64,000 nucleotides of DNA, taken from Ostreococcus lucimarinus. Its lineage: Eukaryota. Below, piece after piece: positions 48,372 to 58,499 of this stretch. The stretch's first letter is position 1. Each line of letters opens with the position of its first letter. The position numbers and the translations under genes are program-made. The stretch lies in NCBI GenBank assembly GCA_000092065.1, contig CP000583.1; one strand, given 5' to 3'. Under the pieces are notes generated by a model that was not told the origin of the DNA, ran no database searches, and worked only from the letters and a program-made list of their open reading frames with translations.

Positions 48372-49490
48372 ATGTCGTACGGCGCGACGCCCGGCGCGAC
48401 GATCGATGCCGATTCGTCGTTCGGGCGTCGACGCGAGGACGGCGTGCGCGTGTCGCCGCGCGCGCTGCTCGGCGCGATCGCGGTGGCGTGCGCGGCGGCG
48501 CTCGCGGCGCACGAGGTCGGACGGTCGACGGGCGCGCGGCTCGGATTGAAGGCGGGGCTGGGACTGTGCTCGTGCGAGTGTCGGTGCGACTCGGACGGCG
48601 GCGGCGGCGGCGGCGGCGCGCCGGCGCTGTCCGTCGCGCGAGGCGCCGCGGCGAACATGCCGAAGACGCTGTTGGATGTCGAGGTGACGGATCCGCGGCG
48701 TTGCGGGACGTTGGCGGCGGAGCGTAATTACAGCGCGTGGGTCCACTACGACGAACACGTCGAGGCGGCGGAGAAGCGAAACAGGTGCGCGTTTTACGAC
48801 ATCTTCGGCCCGTTCGCCGGGGACGAGACGGACGAACACCGGGTGACTGGATGTTCGGTCCCGGGCATGACGCCGCTGGGCGGATGCGGAACGGTGCGAG
48901 GCTGGCACAGAACGGCGTCGCAGGCGTACGCCATGGGCATGGGCAACGCGCCGTCGTCTAACGTCTGTCGACAGTTCGCCGCCCAACACGGTTACGAAGC
49001 GTGGCTCTGGCTCTCCCCGGCGCACCCCGAAGCCGCTCGCAGGAACTCGTGCGTCTTCTACAGCGCTTTCCACTCGGCGCACGCGGACGAGCCCGGGGAC
49101 GTCATTCACGGCACCGCGTGCACCAATCCTCACGCCTCCGTCGCCAACGGCTGTCGCAACCACGCGCGACACGCTCAAAACGAAATCGAGGGTTGGGCAC
49201 ACGCGACGCACACCTACGCAGAAGGCTTCGGCAAAGCCAAGGGTCCGGGTGACTGCAAGCGATACGCCAAGCAACACGGATACCCGAGTTTTCTCTTCAT
49301 CAACGAAAAGCACCCGTCCGCGCAGCACCGTTTCAGTTGCGCGTACTACCTCAGCAACGGGGCGGGCGAGGTTGAGCCGGGATGGGGGCCGTACTCTGCG
49401 TCGACGCAAATCGTCAACAGCGGGAACGACGACATTCACATTCTCGGGTGCGCCGACGACTCGAAGACGCCGCTCGAAGGGTGCGCGTGA
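48372..49490 (+). CDS. Cysteine-rich secreted or type II membrane protein with three tandem copies of an unassigned ~85-aa 4-Cys repeat
   Basis: ATG at 48372. Hydrophobic segment ALLGAIAVACAAALAAH, then CSCECRCDSDGGGGGGG, then three repeats. Repeat 1 starts CGTLAAERNYSAWVHY...RNRCAFYD...GCS...GGCG. Repeat 2 starts CRQFAAQHGYEAWLWL...RNSCVFYS...GTAC...NGCR. Repeat 3 starts CKRYAKQHGYPSFLFI...RFSCAYYL...LGCA...EGCA. The shared pattern is C-x2-[FY]A-x-[EQ][HR][GN]Y-x-[AS][WF] ... R-x-x-C-[AV]-[FY]-Y ... GC. Confidence 0.6.
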   Translation: MSYGATPGATIDADSSFGRRREDGVRVSPRALLGAIAVACAAALAAHEVGRSTGARLGLKAGLGLCSCECRCDSDGGGGGGGAPALSVARGAAANMPKTLLDVEVTDPRRCGTLAAERNYSAWVHYDEHVEAAEKRNRCAFYDIFGPFAGDETDEHRVTGCSVPGMTPLGGCGTVRGWHRTASQAYAMGMGNAPSSNVCRQFAAQHGYEAWLWLSPAHPEAARRNSCVFYSAFHSAHADEPGDVIHGTACTNPHASVANGCRNHARHAQNEIEGWAHATHTYAEGFGKAKGPGDCKRYAKQHGYPSFLFINEKHPSAQHRFSCAYYLSNGAGEVEPGWGPYSASTQIVNSGNDDIHILGCADDSKTPLEGCA

Positions 49491-49690
49491 GCCGAGCTCG
49501 GCGTCGTCCGTCGTCGAGACATTTTCCCCGACAGACGTCCCGAGCGACAAAGTGCAAGACACACAAGACATCATTTACCACTACAGTATACTGTACATTA
49601 AACGAGAATCGCGGCACCGGCGCCGGCGCGCGCGGCGACCCGCCGGACGGCGTCCGCGTCGTGTAATAATTCCACGAATGAACAAAGAAA

Positions 49691-50941
49691 TCATCGTCGA
49701 GCTAACTTGCGTTCGTCGCTATCGATCTTGCCGCCGAGAGCCTCTTCGAGTTCCGAAACGCCCGCCGCATCGGTGTCCGTTCGCCCGCTTAAGAGGCTCG
49801 AGAACCAGTTGTACGTCGACGTTCCGAGTCCGAGTCGACTTTGTAAGCTACATTTCGAGTCAGCCATTTCGTCCGTGAACCGGTCGGAGTCGCAGTGACA
49901 GCTGTGACCTTTCGGTTCGTTGAAGTTCAACACCGACGTCTTCACCGGGCACAACCCAAACGTTTGATCGAGCAACGTCTTGAACTTATTATCTCGCGCG
50001 ACGGCAACGATGGTGAGCTCGATCCCAGAATTCGGTGTGGCGAAAATATCATCCCACGCACCGTGATCGACTCTCAAGTACGCCGTCGGCGTGGCCTTTC
50101 CATCGGCATCCGCGCTCGCGCCCGCGAGATAGACTGAGTACCCGTACTGCGCGACGAGCTTAACTTCCCCCAGTAACGCCTTACGCTGCGCCTTGCTCGT
50201 AATCTCACGTCGCCAAATAATCGTACTGACTTTTCCACTCGCCAAACCTTTCTTGAACCGCGCGAATTGCGAGCGAGAGCGCTTCGCGTCGTTGATCAAA
50301 ACCGTCAGCTTCGCCTTGGGCGACGTCTTCGCGATTTGCTCAAACTCCTCATCGAGCTGTCGACTCACTCGTCGATCGTTCCATAACTTCTCCACTATCG
50401 AATTGTCGTGTCCGAGATCCTTCAGCGTCGCGCTCAACGTCTCCACCGCGCGCTCGTCCACGTACGTCCTCGTCTCGCACTCAAACGCTCCCGCGTTCGC
50501 CATCGCGTTCACCCAAAATCCCATCTTCGTCGCCATCCCCGCGTCCACGCTTCCCCGCCTTCGCATCACTCTCGCATCGTCGCCCTCGCGTCCGGACCCT
50601 GGTTCCGGCAATCCGATCGTCATCACCACGCACGGTCCCGGCGCGTGTCTCGCTCGCACCGTCAACGCCAGCTCCGCCGCGATGAAATCCGCCCGCGCCT
50701 CCCTCGCGCTGTAGTGACACGCCCGGTGCTCGAACCACGATCGCTGCGTCTCTTTCAGCGTTCGCACGCACCGCGCGTCCAGCGCCGGGTCGTACGCGCC
50801 GCCCAGCGATACCTGCGCGAGTCCGAGCGCGAGCGCGACGACGGTGGCGAGCGCGACGCACGCGGCGCACGCGCGGCCGCGCTTGACGCCCTGGCGCAGC
50901 GCGCGCGAGCGCCGACGAAGTTGCTCTTTGCTCAGCCCCAT
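49691..50941 (-). CDS. Type II membrane protein (short cytosolic N-terminus, signal anchor, large lumenal domain); possible Golgi glycosyltransferase-like, function unverified
   Basis: 416 aa starting MGLSKEQLRRRSRALRQGVKRGR, then the anchor ACAACVALATVVALALGLAQV, then a 370-aa globular domain with 8 Cys (...CHCDSDRFTDEMADSKCSL). I recognise no signature. Confidence 0.45.
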   Translation of the reverse strand: MGLSKEQLRRRSRALRQGVKRGRACAACVALATVVALALGLAQVSLGGAYDPALDARCVRTLKETQRSWFEHRACHYSAREARADFIAAELALTVRARHAPGPCVVMTIGLPEPGSGREGDDARVMRRRGSVDAGMATKMGFWVNAMANAGAFECETRTYVDERAVETLSATLKDLGHDNSIVEKLWNDRRVSRQLDEEFEQIAKTSPKAKLTVLINDAKRSRSQFARFKKGLASGKVSTIIWRREITSKAQRKALLGEVKLVAQYGYSVYLAGASADADGKATPTAYLRVDHGAWDDIFATPNSGIELTIVAVARDNKFKTLLDQTFGLCPVKTSVLNFNEPKGHSCHCDSDRFTDEMADSKCSLQSRLGLGTSTYNWFSSLLSGRTDTDAAGVSELEEALGGKIDSDERKLARR

Positions 50942-51059
50942 CTCGGCGCGACGAGGACGCGCGCGCGGGCGTCGACGAATGCGGACCGATCGATCGATGT
51001 AATCGCGTCGCGACGCCGTTACAGGACGAGGCGCCGGGACGGGACGAAGAGACGCGACG

Positions 51060-51743
51060 CTAGACCGGACGGAGCGCCTCGCCCCTGAGCGCGGCCTCGC
51101 GCGCGCGACGAGCGATGCGAGGCGTTAAAAGCTCGCCGAACTCGCACCAAAACTTGCCCTGCTCGCGCTGCGCGAGACGCACGGCGTCGCGCTTGGCCCA
51201 ACCGGCGCGCCGACGATGGCGCCGCGAGCGACCGCGCACGGGCAAATCGCCGAGTTTCAACCCGCCCAGGGGATCGCCGGCGTCGACGGCGTCGATCACG
51301 CGATCCTCGATCGTCTGTCGGTGGCCGATCTGCTGCAAACCGACGAGCTCGGTGAGGGTGTTCAGATCGAAGACGCCCGGATATCGTCTGCCGCCGACGC
51401 GCCACGTCGGCGTCGTCGCGCACCGCGCGCACGTCAAGCACCTCGACGCGTTCCCGCAATCGACGTAGTGCTGTCGCCATCGCGTCGGGAGGAGCTCGGC
51501 GAGGAGTTGTTTTTGTTGCTTGCACTTCTCGCACCACGGCGCGCCGAGGAGCGCGACGTCGAGTCGACGCAGCGCCTGGCCGAGCGCGCGGATTTTGTCC
51601 CCATCGGTGTCATCGTTCGCGCGCGTCGCGCTCTGCGCCTCCGCGGCGCGACGCGCGCGAGCGGAGAGCTCGACGTCGTCCTTGCGCGCGTGTCGAGGCT
51701 CGCACGCGCGCGTGCGCGCGCGGAGATTGATCGCGAGCGCCAT
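51060..51743 (-). CDS. Thioredoxin-fold protein with a WCEKC active-site motif
   Basis: ...LDVALLGAPWCEKCKQQKQLLAEL... is a CxxC redox motif in thioredoxin-like context. It is followed by ...GRRYPGVFDLNTLTELV, which resembles the cis-Pro loop region. 227 aa, real ATG. Confidence 0.55.
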   Translation of the reverse strand: MALAINLRARTRACEPRHARKDDVELSARARRAAEAQSATRANDDTDGDKIRALGQALRRLDVALLGAPWCEKCKQQKQLLAELLPTRWRQHYVDCGNASRCLTCARCATTPTWRVGGRRYPGVFDLNTLTELVGLQQIGHRQTIEDRVIDAVDAGDPLGGLKLGDLPVRGRSRRHRRRAGWAKRDAVRLAQREQGKFWCEFGELLTPRIARRAREAALRGEALRPV

Positions 51744-51899
51744 CGCGGCGTCGAATGCGGGTTCGAACTTTCAAGCCGCGGGGACGCGCGCGGAACTTTG
51801 CGACGCGCGCGACGCGCCTTCGCGAGCGCGCGCGAGAGAGAACGTCCGTGAGTATGATTAGCATCGCACGGCGCGAACGCGCGCGTCGTTGAGCGCACG

Positions 51900-54800
51900 A
51901 TGACGCGTGGAGAGCGCCGCGCGCGCGGCAACGCTGGGACAACGGCCGGACGACGCGCGCGCGGTGCTCGAGCGCTGTGCGCGATCGCGCTCGCGCGCGC
52001 GCTCGTGGGTGACGTTTCGCGCTACTTTGTGCTCGCGCAGACGGTCAGCACGGGAGCGCCGCTGGTCGGGGCGACGAACGGCGCCGCGCAGGCGGTGCTG
52101 GACTTCGCGAGCGCGCCGGGCGGACGGTGCTCGCCGAACGACGACTCGAACACGATGGCGTGCGAAAAGCTCGAACCGCCGTCGACGAAGAATTACGCGT
52201 CGTTTGACTTTTATGTGAACGACGTCAACGGCGCGCGGTGCGATAAGTGTGGGAGGGAGTGTAGTTTGGACGGCGCCGCGTGGGCGTATTGCGGCGCGAC
52301 GCCGGTGTGGTACTTTGGGTTGTCGTACGGGCAACACCAGTTCAAGGTGCGAGGACTCGGTGGAGATAACGTCGCGGGGACGGCCGTGGTGTATGACTGG
52401 ATGAATGAAGAACCGTTGAAGGTGGAGTGGGATTCGGGATATTCCACGCCTTCGTCGTACTTGAATTCAAACGCTGTGTTGACGTTTCATTTGGCGTCGT
52501 CGCGGCCGAGCTCAAATTACGTGCAGTTTGAATACAGTACGACGAATGATTACATCAAGACGTTCACGCGATTATCGATTGGGGTGACATCGGTGAGCGT
52601 GACACCGAGTTATGGGTCGAATAGGTTTACATTCAGGGCGATATCCATAGAGTCGTTCACGGGGAAATCGCTCACCGAGTCTTCGGTGAACGAGATTGAG
52701 CTTTTGTACGTCGCCGATAACGTCAACCCCTCGTTGGCCTTCGTGAGTGGACTCGCAAACGGAGGAACGACGCAGAAAGGATCGATGGAGTACGTAATTA
52801 GCGCTTTAGACGTGGACCCAACGAATGGATACGAATCTGGATTGGCAACGCTCGACGTGCAGCTCTTTCGGCTGGATAACGGGGCAACGTCGCCGTCGCC
52901 GTTGCGCGCATGGACGACGTATCACACATTTAGTGGCGCTCCTGTGGACAAAAACGTAACGGTGACTTTAACAAACATCGCGTCGCTGGCGGACACGACG
53001 TATAAATTAGAGATTAGAGCTACAGATCTTGCAGGAAACGTCGCAACAACGATTGGTAGGACTTTCGTCGTGCAGTTGTCAAGCTTGGTGAACGTTCCCG
53101 ATTCGTCTGGTCTGAGTGCGTCGACCACAGAGCGGCTACAGACGACGTCTGGGGCGATTAAACTAGCTTCACAGCCATCAGATGGATCTCTCGTACCCGT
53201 TGCGTACGAGGTGAGCGCAATCGTCGGCGGCACTCTTGTGCTTGAATCAGCGACGAGCGTGGCTTTGGCCAACAACACGCTTGTCACGGCATCAGATGCG
53301 CTCAATGGTTTCAGGTTCACGCCTACGGCTGGATTTTATACGAACGATCAGTACGCGAGTACGTTTGGTTTTGATTTGAAGCCTTCCACGAGCACGTCAG
53401 ACTTGTCTCAAGTCGTCAATTTACCTGCGCATTCCACCATCACCGTCACAGCGACGAATGATCCACCCGTAGTGAGTGTCACAGCGCACTACAAGTTGAC
53501 CCCAATACACGTGTCGGACGGTGCGAACATTGGAACCGTGGTACGTGATATTTTAGATGCTAACGTCATCGATTATGATTACCTCTCGTCGAACAACACT
53601 GTTCCTTACGGCTTCGCCGTTGTGGGCGCCGACGAGACGCGAGGCGCGTGGCAGTTTTCAACGAATGGTGGTTCTTCATGGACAAATTTCAACACTGCTG
53701 GTGCGTTGAGTACGACGAATGCATTAATGCTCACGGCGACGACAAACGACCGAGTGCGATTTGTACCCACGGCAACGACTCTCCAGGATCAGTTCATCGC
53801 TTCCTTTGCGTTTAAAGGTTGGGATGGCACGACGAGCGAAGCGACAGGAGCCACTGGCATTGACATCACAACGAGTGGACATACGGCAACGACTGGATCG
53901 ATTAGCGTTTCAACCGTCACTGCCACCATTCTTGTGCGTGGTCTTTCTCATAGTTTATTCGAGCAAGCTGCACAAACGACAACAGCGAGCTCACGACAAG
54001 CGTACAGCGCAGCACTTTACAGTTGCCCGCCGACGCACCGGCGAAGTATTCGTATCCCCGTCGCTGCAACGTCGAGCACGTCCTCTTCTTGTGCGGGCAC
54101 CACGTCAACCGCTCAGCCTAAGATAAAGGCTTCGTCAGCTCTTACGGTCTCACCTCCTTGGACGATCGAGGCTTGGGTGCGTCGCGATGCTTGGCTCAGC
54201 GAACAGACGTTATTTCAGAATCCAAGCGATTTGAGTGCAGTCATGCTCGAAATGAGCGACGCAAGCGGGAAGGTTGGTGTCGTGCCGCCGTCGGGTGTGA
54301 GCGGTGGTACATTTAACTATGCAGCTCCACTGGGGACTTGGGTGCACTTGGCCTTCGTCATGTACGAGAACAATCATCCTTCCGCTTACAGCGCGCCTGG
54401 GGCGAATTTGCGCCTCATCGTAAACGGCGTCTTTCACAGCGAAATCACAAACGTCGGTTTCGCCATGCCACATGGCATCATCGGTGGTTCTGGTCTCGCT
54501 GGATTCTCGATCGATGAGGTGCGATTTTGGTCCATCGCCCGATCGACGGAAGATATTTACACCAACATGAATCGTTTTGTCGCGGGCACGGAGACTGGGC
54601 TCGTATCGTACGTTCCCTTTGACGCGGGATGCGGTAGCACCGTGGTCGACAGAGACAGCGGAAGCTCGACCACTTGGACGCTCGTATCTCACGAGTGGAT
54701 TGATGCGCGCATATTTTCCTGCGCTTCGTTGACCTCCGTATCGCCTGCAAGCGTGAATTTGTACAACACTTCAAATTTGCAGCTCACTGGCGAGCGCTTT

Positions 54801-57602
54801 ACTCGTCCGGCTTTGGGTTGGGGATCGAGCTCTGTCGCATCATTTGACGGCACCAACGCGGTTTGTATTTTCGGTTCATCGACTATTGGAAATATGACTA
54901 CAGTGGCCACAGTTGTAAACGACGGTTTGGTACAGTGTGCGCCTCCGGACTCGACGAATGGCATCGCTGTGGTAACGCCAGTGTTTTGCGACTATTCTCT
55001 TGGTTGTTGCACGAGTGAGACCCCTATTGATTATTATCTCGCAGCGAGTCGACCTTACGACTCGAATTACGTTTCTTACGGTGTGAACACACCACCGATG
55101 TATGATCAACCGGCGCTCAGGTACAGTGTTGGAGAAATCACATCAGTGATGCCTTCGACGATAGACTGGGCTCTCGGCGCCGTTGTGACTCTGGCTGGTT
55201 ATGGATTTTCGACGCCGATGGATACGAATTTTGGTGCTCAACCCCCAAAGTGCGTGTTTCGAGCTCGACTTCCGTCGAAGACTGCTTGGGCTACCTTTCA
55301 CGTTACAGATGCGGCCGTGCTGTCGGATAGTGTGGCCAAGTGTGAGTATCCTGGTTCTGCTGTGACTGCTTCGCTTGAAGCGCGATATAGCGTCGAGGTA
55401 GCGTTGGCATACTTCTACGACCACGTGGATTCGATCCATCTCATATCAAACGGATGGATCACAGTAGTAGTTTCAAGTTATACTTTGTACACCGGACTCG
55501 ACGAGCCGCTCACGGAGATTTCGGACTTAGGAGGCAGTGTGGTTTCGATCACCGCGATATACACCAAATCTGACACGGCGGGGGAATTTGCAGATCACAC
55601 CTCTGGACGGGTATCGTCTCTGGACGTGGCGTGTGCTTTCGGTACAGTGCACCCCGTTTCAGCTCGTCACAACGCATCTGAGACCTTTGAGTGCGTCGCT
55701 CCAGCGGCACCGAGGGCTGTGCCCACAGATGTCCCGCTTTCAGTGACTTTGTTTGCGTCGTCGATGTTCACTTCGTATTCGCGTCTCGAGCTTCTCACTC
55801 AGACCGGAGACATTTCTTACGTCGCGCAACCGGTGGTTTCAGCAATATGGCCTCTGAAAATCTTTTCAGTGGCGACGAATGCGCCTAATTTTCAGGTCAT
55901 TGGGTCCAACTTCCCGAGTTCGAGCACGACGTGTCAGCTCAACAACAAGTATTACTCGGCGACGTGGTCGAGTGCGAGTCGAGTGCAATGCAACACCGTC
56001 ACGAGCGGTGGAGCATCACCTGGTTTCCAAGCAGTTTACGTGGGTAACAATTTACTCAAGATGGACGAAGCTTTCTCTCCAGGTGACGCTCACGTGATGA
56101 TACGAGATGATGTTTACGTGGGCGCCGTCGTATCCGGCGGAGCGGCAGGACCTCTGTACGGAGGGTGGGCGCTCACCGTCTCGGGATCCGGATTCCTTCC
56201 TGGGGACGGGTGTTCGTTACACGCCTATCCAGGAGAGCTCAATGGAAGTGGTGATGATCCCACAGCTGGAGAGTTTGTAAGCAGCGCTTTGATGAGGTGT
56301 CTCGCTCCGAAAGTGGAAGAAAATTCGGTGAATTGGGATTTAACGTCAGACGGCGGCGGTTGGGCGACGCACCTGGTCGCGCGTCTCGCCATTCAGACGT
56401 TTTCTGATGCACTCGATAATAATGCAGTGGTCATGAAAGTAGTAGACGGTATCAACAACGTTAGTGCGGTGGCAAATTTGTATGCTACCATGACGTCTGC
56501 TGAGCTCATATCTACCGATCCCGTGTACTTGAATGTCGATGGCGGCACCTCCGTCGCCATCATTGCAAAGAATGGAACTGCTTCTCTTTTGAGTACTTCG
56601 TGTCGATTTGGGACTATCCAAGTCTTGGCAGATTGGGGTTGGTCGAACACTTCTTCGACGACGCGAATGCGATGCGTTTCACCCTCTTTCGGCGCGTACA
56701 GCACAAACGGAATTCGACTATCAGTGTCTCAGGGCGACCCTGGACATCACGGTGAAACAGTCGTTTCGGCCGCCTTGACAATGATGAGGCCGTTAGATGA
56801 TCTAACTTCAACGCTCAACAATGGTTTGAACATCGTTGGGCCATTCTCGTCGGTGCCAAGCGCACAGTTGGCGTTGTACGAGTGCTACATAAAGGGCGAC
56901 CGGAACTTCGTGACGGGGTCGTTCGAGTTGGCATCCTCACAGAACGAGGGCAGTTGTTCCCTGAGACAGGCTTCCATGAATCTCGTATCACGTTCAGATT
57001 TCGCGTTTTACACTACCGCGATTGCGATAAGGGGTGGTGAAGATGTTGCGTTACCCATCACGCTTCAATACATCGCGCCGCCGATTGTGTCGTCCGTCAC
57101 GGTGAGCGCCCGCCCGCCGCCTTACGGTTATCGACCGGCGTTTGCTACCAGTAATTGCACGACACTCGAAGATGCACCATTGCTGACGTACGATAACGCT
57201 CACGGTGTGTACGAAGGTCGACCCCAGACACCGTACGAAGTGGAAAAATTTGCCTTGTCCTCTCTGCCAATTTTCGGCGGCGCTTGGTGGCACGTCTCGA
57301 ACGCCATCGGCACGCCCGTGAATGTTTACGGTCGATTCTTTCGATCGCCACAAGACGGAGGAGACATTCGTATCTTATTTCAGCACGCCGGTGAGATCGC
57401 TTCGACCTCTGCGCACTTCGTTTCGTCAGCACTCGTGCGCGTAGAGGTGCCCATCGACGTCGACGCCGAGCACGAAACCGAGGTTCGCGCCTCCGTGGAC
57501 GACGGCGCATCTTGGTCCAGCGAGCGCTTCACGTTCATGATTCCAGAATTAGATTACGTCAACCGTGACTTGCAAACGGTCGAGCAAGGATGTGCGGCGT
57601 AA
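51900..57602 (+). CDS. Giant (1900 aa) secreted multidomain surface or extracellular-matrix protein: N-terminal Cys-rich module, Ig-like 'DxAGN' (HYR/cadherin-like) modules, LamG-like (Laminin_G_3) domain, and 5 or more IPT/TIG repeats
   Basis: Single uninterrupted ORF from an ATG. Signal-like ALCAIALARALVG. The Ig-like module is ...YKLEIRATDLAGNVATTIGRTFVV. The LamG-like jellyroll is ...WVHLAFVMYENNH...LRLIVNGVFHSE...GGSGLAGFSIDEVRFWSIARSTEDIY. The IPT/TIG-like repeats include ...SVSPASVNLYNTSNLQLTGERF..., ...SAIWPLKIFSVATNAPNFQVIGSNFP..., ...GAVVSGGAAGPLYGGWALTVSGSGFLPG.... No TM segment. GC drops to about 48-50% after the first 600 bp. Confidence 0.7.
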   Translation: MTRGERRARGNAGTTAGRRARGARALCAIALARALVGDVSRYFVLAQTVSTGAPLVGATNGAAQAVLDFASAPGGRCSPNDDSNTMACEKLEPPSTKNYASFDFYVNDVNGARCDKCGRECSLDGAAWAYCGATPVWYFGLSYGQHQFKVRGLGGDNVAGTAVVYDWMNEEPLKVEWDSGYSTPSSYLNSNAVLTFHLASSRPSSNYVQFEYSTTNDYIKTFTRLSIGVTSVSVTPSYGSNRFTFRAISIESFTGKSLTESSVNEIELLYVADNVNPSLAFVSGLANGGTTQKGSMEYVISALDVDPTNGYESGLATLDVQLFRLDNGATSPSPLRAWTTYHTFSGAPVDKNVTVTLTNIASLADTTYKLEIRATDLAGNVATTIGRTFVVQLSSLVNVPDSSGLSASTTERLQTTSGAIKLASQPSDGSLVPVAYEVSAIVGGTLVLESATSVALANNTLVTASDALNGFRFTPTAGFYTNDQYASTFGFDLKPSTSTSDLSQVVNLPAHSTITVTATNDPPVVSVTAHYKLTPIHVSDGANIGTVVRDILDANVIDYDYLSSNNTVPYGFAVVGADETRGAWQFSTNGGSSWTNFNTAGALSTTNALMLTATTNDRVRFVPTATTLQDQFIASFAFKGWDGTTSEATGATGIDITTSGHTATTGSISVSTVTATILVRGLSHSLFEQAAQTTTASSRQAYSAALYSCPPTHRRSIRIPVAATSSTSSSCAGTTSTAQPKIKASSALTVSPPWTIEAWVRRDAWLSEQTLFQNPSDLSAVMLEMSDASGKVGVVPPSGVSGGTFNYAAPLGTWVHLAFVMYENNHPSAYSAPGANLRLIVNGVFHSEITNVGFAMPHGIIGGSGLAGFSIDEVRFWSIARSTEDIYTNMNRFVAGTETGLVSYVPFDAGCGSTVVDRDSGSSTTWTLVSHEWIDARIFSCASLTSVSPASVNLYNTSNLQLTGERFTRPALGWGSSSVASFDGTNAVCIFGSSTIGNMTTVATVVNDGLVQCAPPDSTNGIAVVTPVFCDYSLGCCTSETPIDYYLAASRPYDSNYVSYGVNTPPMYDQPALRYSVGEITSVMPSTIDWALGAVVTLAGYGFSTPMDTNFGAQPPKCVFRARLPSKTAWATFHVTDAAVLSDSVAKCEYPGSAVTASLEARYSVEVALAYFYDHVDSIHLISNGWITVVVSSYTLYTGLDEPLTEISDLGGSVVSITAIYTKSDTAGEFADHTSGRVSSLDVACAFGTVHPVSARHNASETFECVAPAAPRAVPTDVPLSVTLFASSMFTSYSRLELLTQTGDISYVAQPVVSAIWPLKIFSVATNAPNFQVIGSNFPSSSTTCQLNNKYYSATWSSASRVQCNTVTSGGASPGFQAVYVGNNLLKMDEAFSPGDAHVMIRDDVYVGAVVSGGAAGPLYGGWALTVSGSGFLPGDGCSLHAYPGELNGSGDDPTAGEFVSSALMRCLAPKVEENSVNWDLTSDGGGWATHLVARLAIQTFSDALDNNAVVMKVVDGINNVSAVANLYATMTSAELISTDPVYLNVDGGTSVAIIAKNGTASLLSTSCRFGTIQVLADWGWSNTSSTTRMRCVSPSFGAYSTNGIRLSVSQGDPGHHGETVVSAALTMMRPLDDLTSTLNNGLNIVGPFSSVPSAQLALYECYIKGDRNFVTGSFELASSQNEGSCSLRQASMNLVSRSDFAFYTTAIAIRGGEDVALPITLQYIAPPIVSSVTVSARPPPYGYRPAFATSNCTTLEDAPLLTYDNAHGVYEGRPQTPYEVEKFALSSLPIFGGAWWHVSNAIGTPVNVYGRFFRSPQDGGDIRILFQHAGEIASTSAHFVSSALVRVEVPIDVDAEHETEVRASVDDGASWSSERFTFMIPELDYVNRDLQTVEQGCAA

Positions 57603-57893
57603 TGAGCAGTAGAACCCATAGCTTTTAGTAATACTAGCGCGAACTAAGCAAGTTGTGCGAGGGGACTTTGAAGGTGGAGGGGGGCGGATCGGGCGACGAA
57701 GAGAGAAAAGAAACATTATTTACGTGAGTTCCCATAACAAACGGACATGAAGATTATGTTCTAGTGAAAGAGCGTTTTTACTCTCACACCGCCTCACGTA
57801 CCTCTTACACCGGCCCACTCAAGACTCGGGGGAATCGTACTTCAGCGTGGTCAAATTATACGTACACAAAAACCGACCCTTCGCGAAACGCAC

Positions 57894-58361
57894 TTAGAGG
57901 TCTTGGCTCCACGTCATGCGGAGTTGGACGTCGTCCGGGTTCACGCCACCGTCCTTGGAGAACGGCACTCGGAGCTCGTACTTGTCCTTGGTGACGGAAA
58001 GCTTACCGTTCACATCTTGGTCGACTTCAGCCTTGACGCCGACGCCTTCAATGCCAGAGTAGTTGACAGTGGCCTTGTGCGTCGCCTTTTGGGAGTTGAC
58101 GTTGACAACAGACTTGACGCCGAGGTTGACGTCGCCGTTCGTGTAACCCAAGTCGACGGTGGCGTTTTGGCTCGGCACGTCGTATTCGACGGACGCGGTG
58201 ACGTCGTTGACCTTGAGCACGTCGGTCAAGTTGACCTTGACGGAGGCGCGGTCGGCGCCTTGCGTGTCGCCGTCGACCTTGGAGCCGGCTTGCGCGAGCG
58301 TCACGGTGACATCGCCGAGCTTGTCGTGGTTGGTGGAGATTCTCAAAGAACCAGCTTGACC
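57894..58361 (-). CDS. Four-exon gene for a 252-aa beta-strand-rich Val/Asp/Asn/Ser/Gly-rich protein (function unknown): exon 4 to stop
   Basis: The acceptor AATAG coincides with the in-frame TAG that truncates the ORF track. The exon encodes GQAGSLRISTNHDKLGDVTVTLAQAGSKVDGD...VDLGYTNGDVNLGVKSVVNVNSQKATHKATVNYSG...QLRMTWSQDL*. Intron 3 carries the GTGCGTAC donor and the GGTGACTGACGACG branch. TGTAA is present downstream on the minus strand. Confidence 0.55.
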   Translation of the reverse strand, partial: GQAGSLRISTNHDKLGDVTVTLAQAGSKVDGDTQGADRASVKVNLTDVLKVNDVTASVEYDVPSQNATVDLGYTNGDVNLGVKSVVNVNSQKATHKATVNYSGIEGVGVKAEVDQDVNGKLSVTKDKYELRVPFSKDGGVNPDDVQLRMTWSQDL

Positions 58362-58499
58362 CTATTCATTCAAAAAGTACATCGCGTCGTCGTCAGTCAC
58401 CCAGTCGTCGCGAAATAGAGTCGAGAATTCATCTTCGCGCGCGTTCGCCGCGCCGCTGACTGTGCGCGTGCGCGCGCGCTCGCCCTCGTCGGTACGCAC

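Noticed and set aside
51900-57602. Low-GC giant gene as a horizontally transferred island
   Set aside because: The same 5'-high to 3'-low GC pattern is seen in VPS15, XPB and the 1057-aa gene, so it looks like a general intragenic gradient and not foreign origin. The splice and poly(A) context is native.
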